A DNA stretch of 63,229 bases, filler included, from Candidatus Aminicenantales bacterium (GTDB taxonomy: Bacteria > Acidobacteriota > Aminicenantia > Aminicenantales > Saccharicenantaceae), in assembly GCA_049512315.1 (NCBI GenBank). It is 6 parts of 6 records of this genome, joined end to end, with 100 filler letters (N's around TTAATTAATTAA, not from the genome) between each part and the next. Parts side by side here need not be neighbours in the genome. Positions count along the whole stretch, not along the records: positions 39,694 to 48,996 come from JBEKXF010000058.1; positions 49,097 to 58,352 come from JBEKXF010000059.1; 4 more parts are not named here. The stretch is one strand, 5' to 3'. The notes under the pieces were generated by a model. It was not told the origin of the DNA and did no database searches. It was given only the letters and a program-made list of their open reading frames with translations. This document shows positions 39,865 through 49,672 of the stretch, one piece after another. A program made the position numbers and the translations under genes. The number at the start of each line of letters is the position of its first letter. Within the stretch, counting starts at the first letter, position 1.

Positions 39865-40170
39865 CTAGTGCGTGAGCTCGGCGAATTCGACAAACTCATC
39901 CACGAGCCGCGGCTCGAACTGGGTTCCCGAGCATCTCTGCAGCTCTTTTATGGCTCGCTTCTTGCTAATGCCCTTGCGGTACGGCCGCGTGTTTGTCATG
40001 GCATCATAGGCGTCGAGGATAGAGAATATTCTGCATTCCAGGGGGATTTGCTCGCCCTTCAGGCCTTCCGTATAGCCTTTGCCGTCCCAGAATTCATGGT
40101 GGTGCCGAATGAGATCGGAGATATGAAAGAGCGCCTTGGAGCGACAGGCCAGGTTGTATCCGATTTGTGC
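39865..40170 (-). pseudogene. HD-GYP phosphodiesterase C-terminal fragment
   Basis: HHEFWDGKGY, IPLECRI, DAYDAMT..RPY, GTQF; cut at the 5' side by repeat A at 40171. Confidence 0.85.
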
Positions 40171-40204
40171 TGACCCGCCCCCGATCAATGTACCACCTGT
40201 GAAG
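40171..40204 (+). mobile_element. IS3-like terminal repeat A (partial)
   Basis: TGACCCGCCCCCGATCAATGTACCACCTGTGAAG; first 25 nt identical to the 11557 copy. Confidence 0.75.
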
Positions 40205-40215
40205 GCCGCTGCCTC

Positions 40216-40776
40216 CTATCTTCTTTCCGCTTCCATGGCGTATCCGATTACGGCGTCTACAAACAGGGATTCATTGCCGACATTAGTGATCCTGATCATG
40301 TTCACGCCCGTGGCGCTGCCTTTAAAGGCATAAAACACCGGAAGGATAAAGCCGGTCGCCGACAATCCCACGGCCATCCAGTCGTGACGTTGTTTGTTTT
40401 CCTCGTCCTCCCATGGAGACCAGACTTCGAGGCCGATGTCCGCCCCTCCTTTGGCGACGAATGAACCGCTATCCGCCTGCGCCACGTTGCCGGCGACTGG
40501 ATCCCCCCCAACGGCTGGAAAGAGACAAAGCTCCCTTTCCATGAGCAAAACAAGCTGCCCGCCCGGCAGGATTTCCGCGTAGCAGCCGTCCGGCGCACCA
40601 AGGGAATCCTTTGCGTTTTGGACATTCTTTTCAGAAACAACCCGGAGGGCATAGAATTTCGGCCTTTCCTGTTCTTCCTGGTCGTGCCGGTAATAAGAGG
40701 GCTCGGCCACAACGATGATTCCTCCGGATAGGCCGAGAACAACACATAGGGTAATGAGCACTCTTATTTTCACCAC
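40216..40776 (-). CDS. hypothetical exported protein
   Basis: Signal peptide; LGAPDG and FVDAV suggest a beta-sandwich fold. Confidence 0.65.
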   Translation of the reverse strand: MVKIRVLITLCVVLGLSGGIIVVAEPSYYRHDQEEQERPKFYALRVVSEKNVQNAKDSLGAPDGCYAEILPGGQLVLLMERELCLFPAVGGDPVAGNVAQADSGSFVAKGGADIGLEVWSPWEDEENKQRHDWMAVGLSATGFILPVFYAFKGSATGVNMIRITNVGNESLFVDAVIGYAMEAERR

Positions 40777-40904
40777 GCCCGCCCTTGATATTATAGTCCA
40801 TGTGATCTTGCGAAAAAAAGCCGTTTATTAAACGGGCCTGTTCTTTGCCACCCAAACCGCGACACGCGTCCTCTCTATGATCAGAGGGAGCTATGGCGCC
40901 CCCT

Positions 40905-41318
40905 CTATTTTATGGCGCTCCAGATAACCTTGCCGTTTTCGTCATACATCACCAAACCCGGCCCATCTTTGGACACGCCCAGCTCGGCGCGGCCATTACC
41001 GTTCTCATCATACAACGACAGCGACGGATGATCTTTGTCTGCGTCCAACTTGATACGCAGCTTGTTATTTTCGTCGACCAGCACCAGATGTGGGCCATCT
41101 TTGAGTACGACCAGGCTGGCGCGAAGCCATCCATCTTCGTTAAACAGCTCAAGTGCCGGGCCATCTTTGCCAGCGACCAGCTTGGCGCGGCGCTTGCTAT
41201 TTTCGTCCTCAATCACGATTTTGTTGGCTCGGATCTCCTTCGTCGATCCCCCTACACGTATTTGCTTCAGTTTTTCTATCTCTTTTTCCGCATTCTCCAA
41301 GCGTTCTTCAATGGTCAT
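40905..41318 (-). CDS. hypothetical protein with 22-aa tandem repeats
   Basis: Four to five copies of GP.L.L.DENG..RA.L...KD after a short coiled coil; GGGG RBS. Confidence 0.75.
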   Translation of the reverse strand: MTIEERLENAEKEIEKLKQIRVGGSTKEIRANKIVIEDENSKRRAKLVAGKDGPALELFNEDGWLRASLVVLKDGPHLVLVDENNKLRIKLDADKDHPSLSLYDENGNGRAELGVSKDGPGLVMYDENGKVIWSAIK

Positions 41319-41364
41319 GTTTTTCCCCTAATAAGAATCTTCCCCTCGTCTCATCGTCTATCTC

Positions 41365-41814
41365 CTACCAGGCTTGATCATCCGCCTTCACCGGGAATGG
41401 ATCTTCATGACTATGAACAACCTTCCATTCCCCGCATTCATTTTGCTCTTCAACATGATGTACTATAACCTGACGTTCCTTATCTATCAAAATATTTTCC
41501 CTTGCCGGTCGTTTGTTTTTGGATAATTTAATCCTAAACACGTTCTTATAAAACTTATGACTCTTATCGCGGTTCTTTCTTTTCAATAGTTCTCTGGATC
41601 TAATTTCAATCCCTTCGTTAATCACTTTGGTTTTCGCCGGGTGGCCGCACGATAAATAATATGTTGTACTGCCTTGTTCTTTAATGATCCTCTCAACTTC
41701 AAAGTCGGCATTACATGCAATACAATGCTGATTCGGCGGGATTTGATCAGGCTCCATGAGAAAATTCGTCTTTCCCATCCGTCTATCTCTACGGGCGCGA
41801 TTATCCGCCTTCAC
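41365..41814 (-). CDS. hypothetical protein (low GC, CxxC..CGH)
   Basis: 149-aa ORF in AT-rich DNA; start uncertain. Confidence 0.55.
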   Translation of the reverse strand: MKADNRARRDRRMGKTNFLMEPDQIPPNQHCIACNADFEVERIIKEQGSTTYYLSCGHPAKTKVINEGIEIRSRELLKRKNRDKSHKFYKNVFRIKLSKNKRPARENILIDKERQVIVHHVEEQNECGEWKVVHSHEDPFPVKADDQAW

Positions 41815-41875
41815 GGGCGTCTATTGCTGATCAATCGGGGCCATGCCTTCCTCAGGCCTCTGGCCCCATAACACT

Positions 41876-42229
41876 TCAAATGTAAAAAGGCGTGAACTTA
41901 TTCTTAAAAACTTCAAGTATCCTGTTGGAAGTATATTCTTCTGCCCGATCGCATCCAGTGTTAGCTGTGTTAAAGTTCCCTGTCCGATAACTGATAACAA
42001 TACAAGAAAAAGGATTCACATCATATCTTTTCATGCGTGTGGTGGCACAGACGCTGAACTCACAAACCTTTCCGTTCTTGCCAGTAAATGTTACTACATG
42101 CTTTTCAAACTCTCTATTACACTGGTGCTGTATCTTTTGGGACAGAAGATATTCAGAAATCGACTGAAACGCCGGGTGAACAAGGTTCTTGAGAGTCTTT
42201 TCTATTAATTCTTTTTCGTCGTTGTTCAT
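41876..42229 (-). CDS. hypothetical protein (low GC)
   Basis: AAGGGG RBS before ATG; 117-aa ORF. Confidence 0.55.
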   Translation of the reverse strand: MNNDEKELIEKTLKNLVHPAFQSISEYLLSQKIQHQCNREFEKHVVTFTGKNGKVCEFSVCATTRMKRYDVNPFSCIVISYRTGNFNTANTGCDRAEEYTSNRILEVFKNKFTPFYI

Positions 42230-42514
42230 TTTTTCCCCTTTTCCCTATCCCAATGCTATCCCACTAACTAGAGAAGTTCAAGGTTTCTCTGCGCCTCTGC
42301 CGGCCGTTCTCGGGCCGGGCTACGGATCGGTGCGTCGTCTACGGTTATCATTGGCCCTCAAAGCCCCAGAGGGTTCAGATCTAGATGTACCCTGTGCCTG
42401 GCTAGTGCTGAAGGAAGCCCAGAAAATGCGCTAGAGGGCGCGAGAGGGGCCGTTCTGCGGGCATGGGAGAGGCAAACCGCCAGATGGGCCGTCGAAGGAA
42501 TGGGCTTTCCGCCA

Positions 42515-42589
42515 CAGTGACCGGGCTATGATATACTCGCAACTGATGATCTGTTTTAGCGACCGTTCAGGGGAACGTGCTTAAATGCA
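42515..42589 (+). repeat. 75-bp dispersed repeat (family D, copy 2)
   Basis: Homologous to 36459-36533. Confidence 0.7.
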
Positions 42590-42798
42590 GAAAAGGGGGT
42601 TACATAGAATATCTGAAAATCCCGCTTGAGGCGGGCGGGCTGATTTTCTGAGCCCTCGCTGACCCGCGGGCGTTCCGTGGAATCCCCCGCGAAAGGGCAG
42701 GCAATCACCTAATGAATCACCCCCGGAGGCGATTGACCCTCCGCGGGCGCTGGCTGAAACTGGGGGGTTCAGGAGCTTTATGAAGTAAGGAGCCTGCG

Positions 42799-43161
42799 AT
42801 GGCCAACAAGCGCAAGGAAGACCGGTTCGTCGAGCGGAACAACGTCTCGATCAAGCCCTACCTCCATGCAAATAACGGCATCGGGATCAACGCGTATACG
42901 CGCGACATCTCTCTGGGGGGGGCGAAAATTTTCACTAAGGAGCTCTTCTACGTCGGCTCCCACATCAAGGTCCAGATCGAACTCACGGGAACCGGGGAAC
43001 TCATTACCCTCGAAGGGGAAGTCAAGTGGCTCAACGTCAAGATCGATGAGGACCTCTTCGAGCTGGGCGTCGAGTTCAGGCACAGGATCTCGAACAGCAT
43101 CCTCTGCCTGATCAAGCACATCTATCAGGGCGATTCGAGGATCCCGGCCTCAATCACCTGA
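42799..43161 (+). CDS. PilZ domain protein
   Basis: RxxxR (RKEDR) and DISLGG motifs; C-terminal LGVEF. Confidence 0.9.
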   Translation: MANKRKEDRFVERNNVSIKPYLHANNGIGINAYTRDISLGGAKIFTKELFYVGSHIKVQIELTGTGELITLEGEVKWLNVKIDEDLFELGVEFRHRISNSILCLIKHIYQGDSRIPASIT

Positions 43162-43287
43162 GAATTCGTTTCGTCAATAGGAAAGAAAACGATTCCTTAA
43201 GGGCGACGCTTAAGGTAATCCGCTTGGGTGTTCACAAACAAAGATATGGACAGGCAGAGTGTTAGCTGCGTTCGAGGGGGCAACTCC

Positions 43288-43608
43288 TCAATGGTGCTCG
43301 GCCTTTTCCGCAGCCTCAGCCTCGGCTTTGGTTTTATGAACGGTTCCATCCGGGTGGTTGGGGGGAGAATAAACGGTGTACAGTTTCAGCTGCTTGGCTT
43401 TGGACGTGTTGATGACGTTATGAAAGGTGCCGGCCGGCACGATGGCGGCCTCATTCTCATGGACCCGGTGTTCTTCCGAACCATTTAGGATGAACTTGGC
43501 TTCCCCCTTCTCGATGCGGAAGAATTGGTCGACATTGGGATGCACCTCGTTGCCGATCTCCTCGCCCGGCTGCAGGCACATCACCACAAGCTGACAGTGC
43601 TTGCCGGA
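43288..43608 (-). pseudogene. cupin domain protein, 5'-truncated by mini-IS
   Basis: GKHCQLVVMCLQPGEEIG.EVH..DQFFRIE, PAGTFHNV, YSPPNH; frame starts at repeat B. Confidence 0.8.
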
Positions 43609-43825
43609 GGGACCTCATCCCTGAATAATGGTCCAGATATAGAGTGAGTTTTCTGGCAAAATCTCAAAGAGGACGTTAGAAATAACCGGCCTAGTCCTCT
43701 TTCTGCTCCGGCCTGGGGTGGATGAAGCGGCGGTCGAGTGTCATGGGGTGCTTGGCGGCGACGCGCTCGACGTACTTGCTTGAAAATCTCACTTCAGGGG
43801 TGGTAAATTTAGCGGGGGCAGGTCA
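43609..43825. mobile_element. 217-bp mini-element (repeat B ... inverted repeat A)
   Basis: GGGACCTCATCCCTGAATAATGGTCCAGA ... GCTTGAAAATCTCACTTCAGGGGTGGTAAATTTAGCGGGGGCAGGTCA. Confidence 0.75.
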
Positions 43826-44057
43826 TATCACTTGAAATATTCGGGATCCTTGTCATGGTCGGCGCAGCCTTCCTAGTTGCAAAGAAAAGAAAATACTGAT
43901 TGGAATATTGCGTCGTCAAGAACCGGGAGAAAGGGGGTAATAACATGACCATCGATCTGCTCCCTGGATCTTGGTCCGCATCGGATGCGGATTTTTTGCC
44001 GGAGGGCAGAGGAAAGAAGTCGCAAAGCTGCAATAAGATTCTCGGATTCAAAAAAGG

Positions 44058-44447
44058 TCAGCTAAAAAGATCTTTCCTCGTCCAGAGATGGATGATGGTG
44101 AAGAATACGAAAAAGAGGCTGGGACCGATTATGTTAATACGGGAGAGCTTGGTGACACCGAGTACAAGAAGAGAGTCGAACAGCCACATGCCCATGGCTA
44201 GATATGAAGCCACCAACCCAAATTTCTTCAATTTGAGCAAGCCATAAGCCCCAATATAAAGAAGGATCGATAGGATGAGATCTGGGGCGCCAAAAGCATT
44301 ATAGATACGGTCTTCGATAGCCATGGTTGAGGGAAACTCGTTGGCCACAATTCTGCCGATCCAAAAAATATCCGTGGCCACCGCCACGAAGAACATGATC
44401 ACAGCGATTGTTATGACCCCCAGCGTCACTCTTTTTTGCTCGGTCAA
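44058..44447 (-). CDS. hypothetical 4-TM membrane protein
   Basis: GAGG RBS, TTG start, four hydrophobic helices. Confidence 0.7.
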   Translation of the reverse strand: MTEQKRVTLGVITIAVIMFFVAVATDIFWIGRIVANEFPSTMAIEDRIYNAFGAPDLILSILLYIGAYGLLKLKKFGLVASYLAMGMWLFDSLLVLGVTKLSRINIIGPSLFFVFFTIIHLWTRKDLFS

Positions 44448-44516
44448 TGTGGTTTTCCTCTCTTATTAAGGTTAAAGCTTCTATCTCAAGATGTCTATTG
44501 TTTGCTACGGAGGAAT

Positions 44517-44860
44517 CGTCAGGGCCTCGAAGTAGACCGCGAGGGTCCTGACGGCGCACCGGCAGAGCTCCCCCAAGAGCCGGCGTCTGAACTTGAAGAA
44601 GATCCTTAGCGTCTTGGGGATCGTGAAGACGACCCGGCGATGAGGGACATCGAGAAGGAGGGTCTGCCGCACCCACTCGCCCCGCTGCTAAAGCCGCTTG
44701 GTATGGCAGGACGGGCAGAAGCCCTGTGTCCGCCAGGAAAACATTACGAACCGCTACTGCCCCCACAATCCGGCCGCTGGATCCGGGCAAAACCGAAGCG
44801 TGGGTTGCCGCAGTCGAGATAGCGCTCCACGACTTCTTTTATGACCGGCCGAAAAAGAGG
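44517..44860 (-). mobile_element. IS91-family transposase N-terminal remnant (pseudogene)
   Basis: VIKEVVERYLDCGNPRFGFARI..CG, FS.RTQGFCPSCH, VPHRRVVFTIPK; contains frameshifts and a stop. Confidence 0.85.
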
Positions 44861-45089
44861 CTTTTTAGCCTGCGAAACTGAACTTGCCCCTTTCCTGTCC
44901 AAAGAAGGGAGGAGAAGTTCACCTTTACTCCTGGCGGCATGTCCAGGCCCGAGGCATAATGACGAGTTTTTCCCCATATGGAAACAAAATTTAGGGCAAA
45001 AAACCACCACACTAATTGTCAGGGATCCGGCCGAAACTTGACAAACCTGATATCTAAACCCATATTTTAATAGTCAGAAGGGAAAAAAT

Positions 45090-45377
45090 ATGGTCGGCAT
45101 GAGTTTTTGTTCTTCTCTTGTCCTTCTCGTTATCAGCGCCATCGTATCCGTTATCCTGTTCTTTCTGCTGAAAATTAAAATAGGCAACGGCGTGGTTGGG
45201 TTCATTGCTGAAATCTGCATTGGCTGGTTTGGAGCCTGGCTGGGCTGGATTCTTGAACACTGGTGGATTAAATTGTGGGGTGTTTACATTATTCCTGCCA
45301 TTTTCTGTTCGGCTTCCTTAATCCTGGTTGTTCACGTTTTGTATGCTCCGCCAAAAGAGATAAAAACGAATATTTAA
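45090..45377 (+). CDS. GlsB/YeaQ/YmgE-like small membrane protein
   Basis: IGWFGAWLG and IIPAI.. pattern; three TM helices. Confidence 0.65.
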   Translation: MVGMSFCSSLVLLVISAIVSVILFFLLKIKIGNGVVGFIAEICIGWFGAWLGWILEHWWIKLWGVYIIPAIFCSASLILVVHVLYAPPKEIKTNI

Positions 45378-45632
45378 TTGCATGACCACGCAACCGAACT
45401 GTTGATTTTGTGACACCGGGGGATCCAAGCAAGGGCACTAGCATCTGAAAATGCCAATGAGGCCATTTTCGATCAGCCAGTTAGAATAAACCATAGCAAG
45501 TAGCTCATTTCATCCCTCTCGGGCGAGGTAGGTTTTATTTCTTGATTTCCCTCTCCTGCAAGGCGGGGATATCCGGTCCTACGCAGCAATCGGGAGAGAA
45601 AGAGGAAAGCGGATGCGTCGTTGGGGGCTTAA

Positions 45633-45839
45633 ATGATGGATGACAACACGATAAGGGATGAAATCTTGAGACTTTTGAGCGTCCGCAAGAAACTTAAGGA
45701 GGGGGAATATTTAACCTCAAGAGAAGAAGAAAACGTGGCAATGATTCTTGGAATCCCTAAGTTTAAAAATACAAAAGAGATGGAGACAAAGATTAATGAG
45801 TTTTTCGGCTGGGCTAGTGAGACGCTTAAGAGACAATAA
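45633..45839 (+). CDS. hypothetical protein
   Basis: GGGGG RBS; 68-aa ORF upstream of the YbaK-family gene. Confidence 0.5.
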   Translation: MMDDNTIRDEILRLLSVRKKLKEGEYLTSREEENVAMILGIPKFKNTKEMETKINEFFGWASETLKRQ

Positions 45840-45874
45840 TGGACAAAATAATTTGATCTGGGAAGGAGGCTGAA

Positions 45875-46342
45875 ATGCCAGTCCGCAGGTTAGAAGAATT
45901 CTTAGACGGAAAGGGGATCAACTACGTCAGAATCACCCACTCTACGGCTTACACGGCCCAGGAAACTGCCGCGGCGGCCCATGTCCCTGGAAAAGGATTG
46001 GCCAAAACAGTAATTCTGAAAGTCGATGGCAAGATGATGATGGCCATACTGCCAGCTTCCCGCAAGCTGGATCTAGATCTCTTAAAAGAAGCCGTTGGCG
46101 CAAACAAAGTCGAGATCGCCAACGAGACGGAATTTAAGGATATGTTTCCTGAATGTGATATCGGCGCTATCCCGCCCTTTGGCAATCTCTACGGAATGGA
46201 CGTCATTTCTGAAGGAATTCTGGCGGAAAACGAGGAGATCGCATTCAACGCCGGCTCTCATACAGAAGTAGTCAAATTGTCATACAAAGATTTTCTTGAA
46301 CTCGTTAAACCGAAAGTCGCGTCGTTTTCATCAATAGGATAA
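45875..46342 (+). CDS. YbaK/EbsC (aminoacyl-tRNA deacylase) family protein
   Basis: AKTVI (conserved Lys), GAIPPFG, FNAGSH. Confidence 0.92.
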   Translation: MPVRRLEEFLDGKGINYVRITHSTAYTAQETAAAAHVPGKGLAKTVILKVDGKMMMAILPASRKLDLDLLKEAVGANKVEIANETEFKDMFPECDIGAIPPFGNLYGMDVISEGILAENEEIAFNAGSHTEVVKLSYKDFLELVKPKVASFSSIG

Positions 46343-46384
46343 GCATGAAACATCGGTGCCGGGGCCATAGCGTCTCATAAGCCA

Positions 46385-47218
46385 TTGAAAGTCTTTCTAC
46401 TGTATCAGGAATTTTTCAATTTTCTGGAGAAAATCCCATCTGATCCAGGACAGCATTCGAAGAAATGGCCGCTCTTCTTCGGCGAGTATTATCAGCCTAA
46501 CAAAGCGTTCTTGGATGCATACTTTTCCCACTTGCCTTTATTGGATTCTGCTGTTTTGGAGGAACGAGTAAAGGCGGTTAAAGCCGCAGATTATTCTTGG
46601 TTGAAGAGTCTCTGCGCGTTTTTGCCTCCTGAGAAAATCATCCACGACGCGTATGAGGAATGTGTTAACGTTGTTTCCCCTCCCGAAGAGCCTGAGATCT
46701 ATCTTTTTATTGGATTTTTCAGCCCCGATGGTTTTGTGATGAATTTTCAAGGAAAACCCGTTATTGGCTTTGGCCTGGAAAGATTTAGAGATTTCCGGTT
46801 GCTTCATGTTATTTTTGCTCATGAGTATGTCCACTTTCTTTTAAACCTAATGAACGCAGAAGTCCCCGAACAAAAATCGCTCCAATGGTTTTTAGTTTCA
46901 GAGGGATTGGGGACCATTTTCCCTTCTCTTGTTTTCCCTGGACTTTTCCTGTCCGATTATTTCCTCTTTCGCAGAGACAGATTGAATTGGTGCCAGGCAA
47001 ATGAATCCCGGTTAAAAGAGATTTATTGTTCAGGACGCTTTTCTCCTCGAGAATTGATAGACTTCTATGACAAGGGAAACCCAGAAATGGGTCTCCCCCC
47101 TCGAGCCGCCAAATATCTTGGCTTTCAGGCTATAAAAAGGCATCTGGCACAAAATCCAGAGGTGAATTTAGCCATGCTTCTCTTGGATAAAAACTCGGCT
47201 TTCTCAATAGAAATATAA
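46385..47218 (+). CDS. DUF2268-like putative Zn-dependent protease
   Basis: HEYVH followed by SEGLG; P.RAAKYLG. Confidence 0.7.
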   Translation: MKVFLLYQEFFNFLEKIPSDPGQHSKKWPLFFGEYYQPNKAFLDAYFSHLPLLDSAVLEERVKAVKAADYSWLKSLCAFLPPEKIIHDAYEECVNVVSPPEEPEIYLFIGFFSPDGFVMNFQGKPVIGFGLERFRDFRLLHVIFAHEYVHFLLNLMNAEVPEQKSLQWFLVSEGLGTIFPSLVFPGLFLSDYFLFRRDRLNWCQANESRLKEIYCSGRFSPRELIDFYDKGNPEMGLPPRAAKYLGFQAIKRHLAQNPEVNLAMLLLDKNSAFSIEI

Positions 47219-47382
47219 TTTGCCTCTACTCCTCATGATCAGGACCTGCCCTCTCAATCGATCCCGGTGAACCTATCCACACCCAAGTTGTTTAGGACAG
47301 GATTTTGAGCCCAGTGAGCCGCCTGCTACAAATAGGTCCAGTTATAATGGGTAAATTTATCGGAACGGAGTGCAGCCCGTAA

Positions 47383-47430
47383 GCCTGAAAATCTCACTTC
47401 ACAAGTGGCACGTTGATCGGAGGCAGGTCA
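47383..47430 (-). mobile_element. IS3-like terminal repeat A
   Basis: GCCTGAAAATCTCACTTCACAAGTGGCACGTTGATCGGAGGCAGGTCA. Confidence 0.72.
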
Positions 47431-47719
47431 CTCTATGTGTCACTTAAGGAAATCTTAAAAAAGCCCTTCCGCGAAATGCTTTGTGGCGTGAGGAAAGAGA
47501 GGTATAATAGGTGCATGATGAACATGATAGACTGCCAGAGTGGCCGGGGTTGTGAGCCGAGCGCCCTTTCGGGGCCGGAGGCCAGTGACCAGCGCCACCC
47601 GTGCGGTCTGTTAACTCCTTTCACTTATTTGCCTTCGGAGGCCTGCCGCTGTGGTGTGGTACGGCATGGCAAGGTCTGCGCTGGTTACGAACGGCGGCAA
47701 ACCCCACTTTTTCTAGGTA

Positions 47720-48205
47720 ATGAAAATGAGCGCTGAAAAATTGTCCCGCCTGCAGAAACTGATACTCATGCTGGCGCTCGAGGCTCACGAAGAGAACCAT
47801 GACGTAAGCACACGAACCATCTACCGACACTATTACCAAGAGGGGCTAAAGTTCCCTGAGTTCGACCTCCCTTCGCTGAGTGGTCATAAGTACTCGCGCT
47901 GGTGGATCAAGGAATATGTGGTTGTCTCTAAATCGTTGCGCCGCCTCCGGGAACGAGGGCTGGTGGCGATCCGGCCTCATCGTCCTGGTTTATCTACCCT
48001 CATTCAAATCACGAAGGAGGGTATAGCGGTAGCGAAGGCCTTATTACTAAGGGGTCGGCCCCTTAGCCTTAAGAAGTGGCTGGTTGCCTTCCGGGCCTCT
48101 CCAGCAGAGTTGACTACTGACTATCTGAAGTACATAGAAGAGCGCCGCGAGATAGAGCAGCGCTTTTTTTGTATGGCACTGAAGGTTCGGGCCACGAGGC
48201 CCTAA
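47720..48205 (+). CDS. hypothetical winged-helix protein (phage/satellite-like)
   Basis: LSRLQKLIL, VSKSLRRLRERGLV, ITKEG. Confidence 0.6.
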   Translation: MKMSAEKLSRLQKLILMLALEAHEENHDVSTRTIYRHYYQEGLKFPEFDLPSLSGHKYSRWWIKEYVVVSKSLRRLRERGLVAIRPHRPGLSTLIQITKEGIAVAKALLLRGRPLSLKKWLVAFRASPAELTTDYLKYIEERREIEQRFFCMALKVRATRP

Positions 48206-48375
48206 CAATAGGCTTAACCAGCTGGGCTGAGCATTACGAGTCCTACCAGAAGGCCCATCGCGGCCTACGAGCCAGCTTGGAAGTGAGAGTTGGCATGCTG
48301 GCCAGGGCGCAAATCAAAGACCCTCGAGAGCAAGTTCTGCACTTTGTGAATGACTATCCGGAGTCCTTCACAGGC

Positions 48376-48673
48376 AAGCTGACGTTCGTGGCGGAGAAGC
48401 CGCCGCCTTCCCATGTCTTCGAGCAGGCCGCGCTCGTGGAGGCCGAGGGGAGCAGGGAATATTTCTGAGCTTTCGTGATCATGGGGAGAGGGGAGTCTAT
48501 CTTTATTGGACCGGCGCGAGAGGGTTTCCCGCCCAAATAACCTCTTCTTGGCCGCCTAGGGGGATTGCTGACATCATAGCGGGGTCCGCGATATATTCTG
48601 ACGTGATGAGGTGAGGAGATTCAGCGGCCGGAGCGGCCATTCATCACGCCGCAGAAAAAGGAAAATCCCATAC
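48376..48673 (+). mobile_element. IS91-like 3' end: transposase C-terminal tail plus family C terminal segment (copy 4)
   Basis: KLTFVAEKPPPSHVFEQAAL..EYF* resembles IS91 tails (RxPP-type), followed by CTGACA-N18-TATATT..GAAAAAGGAAAATCCCATAC. Confidence 0.65.
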
Positions 48674-48859
48674 CTCGCGGGATCTCGTCTTTCCGGATTT
48701 TTTGGCAATCAACTCATGGAGGCCGGCCCTTGCCCCTCTTCATCATCCATCCTGTTTTTTATTAATATCTTGATCAGGTCAGGGCACGATCCGTCTTGAC
48801 GCCGGCGGGAGGATATTCCAGAATGAGAGGAGGACAAGAGGCGAGGTTCGAGGTCAATA

Positions 48860-48996
48860 ATGCGGATACTGATTATCGAGGACGAAGGCAAGATCGCTGC
48901 GTTTCTCAAACGGGGGCTCAAGGAAGAAGGTTACGCTGTGGATGTGGCTGCCGACGGAGAGCAGGGCTATTTCCTGGCCTCCACCCAGGACTGCGA
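48860..48996 (+). CDS. OmpR-family response regulator, N-terminus (cut by contig edge)
   Basis: MRILIIEDEGKIAAFLKRGLKEEGYAVD, CusR/CopR-like. Confidence 0.9.
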
Positions 48997-49096
48997 NNNN
49001 NNNNNNNNNNNNNNNNNNNNNNNNNNNNNNNNNNNNNNNNTTAATTAATTAANNNNNNNNNNNNNNNNNNNNNNNNNNNNNNNNNNNNNNNNNNNN
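48997..49096. other. artificial contig spacer
   Basis: N44-TTAATTAATTAA-N44. Confidence 0.99.
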
Positions 49097-49191
49097 GCCT
49101 TCGATATGGGGGCTCGATTGGCGGGGAAGGACGGGCGATAGATTTTTTTCTCTCTCGCGATTTGATTATTAAGATAGCCGACATGATATAT

Positions 49192-49284
49192 TGACCTTCC
49201 CCCGCTCAATGTGACACCTATAAATTGAGATTTTCAAGCTCTGGATTTGCCCTGGCTAGGTCCATTTCATAAGGGTGAGGTCCC
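49192..49284. mobile_element. 93-bp mini-element (repeat A + inverted repeat B)
   Basis: TGACCTTCCCCCGCTCAATGTGACACC..GAGATTTTCAAGC ... GGTCCATTTCATAAGGGTGAGGTCCC. Confidence 0.7.
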
Positions 49285-49341
49285 ATTGACCCTCAGGCGG
49301 CAAAAGAGGAATAATTAGAGGCATAAAGGGGGGTCAGAATA

Positions 49342-49635
49342 TTGCGTGAAAAATCCTGTTATATTTGTGGTCAAAAGGCCGAAGGGTGGGATAAAGGCAA
49401 TTTATATAATGTGAATTGCTACAAGTGTGCGGAATACACGCTAACGGACCTTGCTTTCCATCAACGGTTGATCCGGGGAGCAAAAAAGGCACTTACAAAC
49501 AACGAAAGGGAGCGGCTGTCAATTGCAGTTAAGGCTGAATACGAAAAAGGGAAAAGGCGCGTATGTCTGAATACCGGGAAGATCGACAAACTCGTAGGCC
49601 GGCCGCCGCAACCTATTAGAATCAATATGGCCTGA
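49342..49635 (+). CDS. hypothetical zinc-ribbon protein
   Basis: CYICG and CYKC; sigma70-like promoter (TTGACC..TAATT) and GGGGG RBS upstream. Confidence 0.55.
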   Translation: MREKSCYICGQKAEGWDKGNLYNVNCYKCAEYTLTDLAFHQRLIRGAKKALTNNERERLSIAVKAEYEKGKRRVCLNTGKIDKLVGRPPQPIRINMA

Positions 49636-49672
49636 CAGGAGATGCGAGGCGCAGAGCGGATGATTTTAAGAG

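Noticed and set aside
42460..42510. GGCAAACC upstream of the PilZ gene as a possible GEMM riboswitch
   Set aside because: No GNRA-capped stem or GCAAAG/receptor elements follow.
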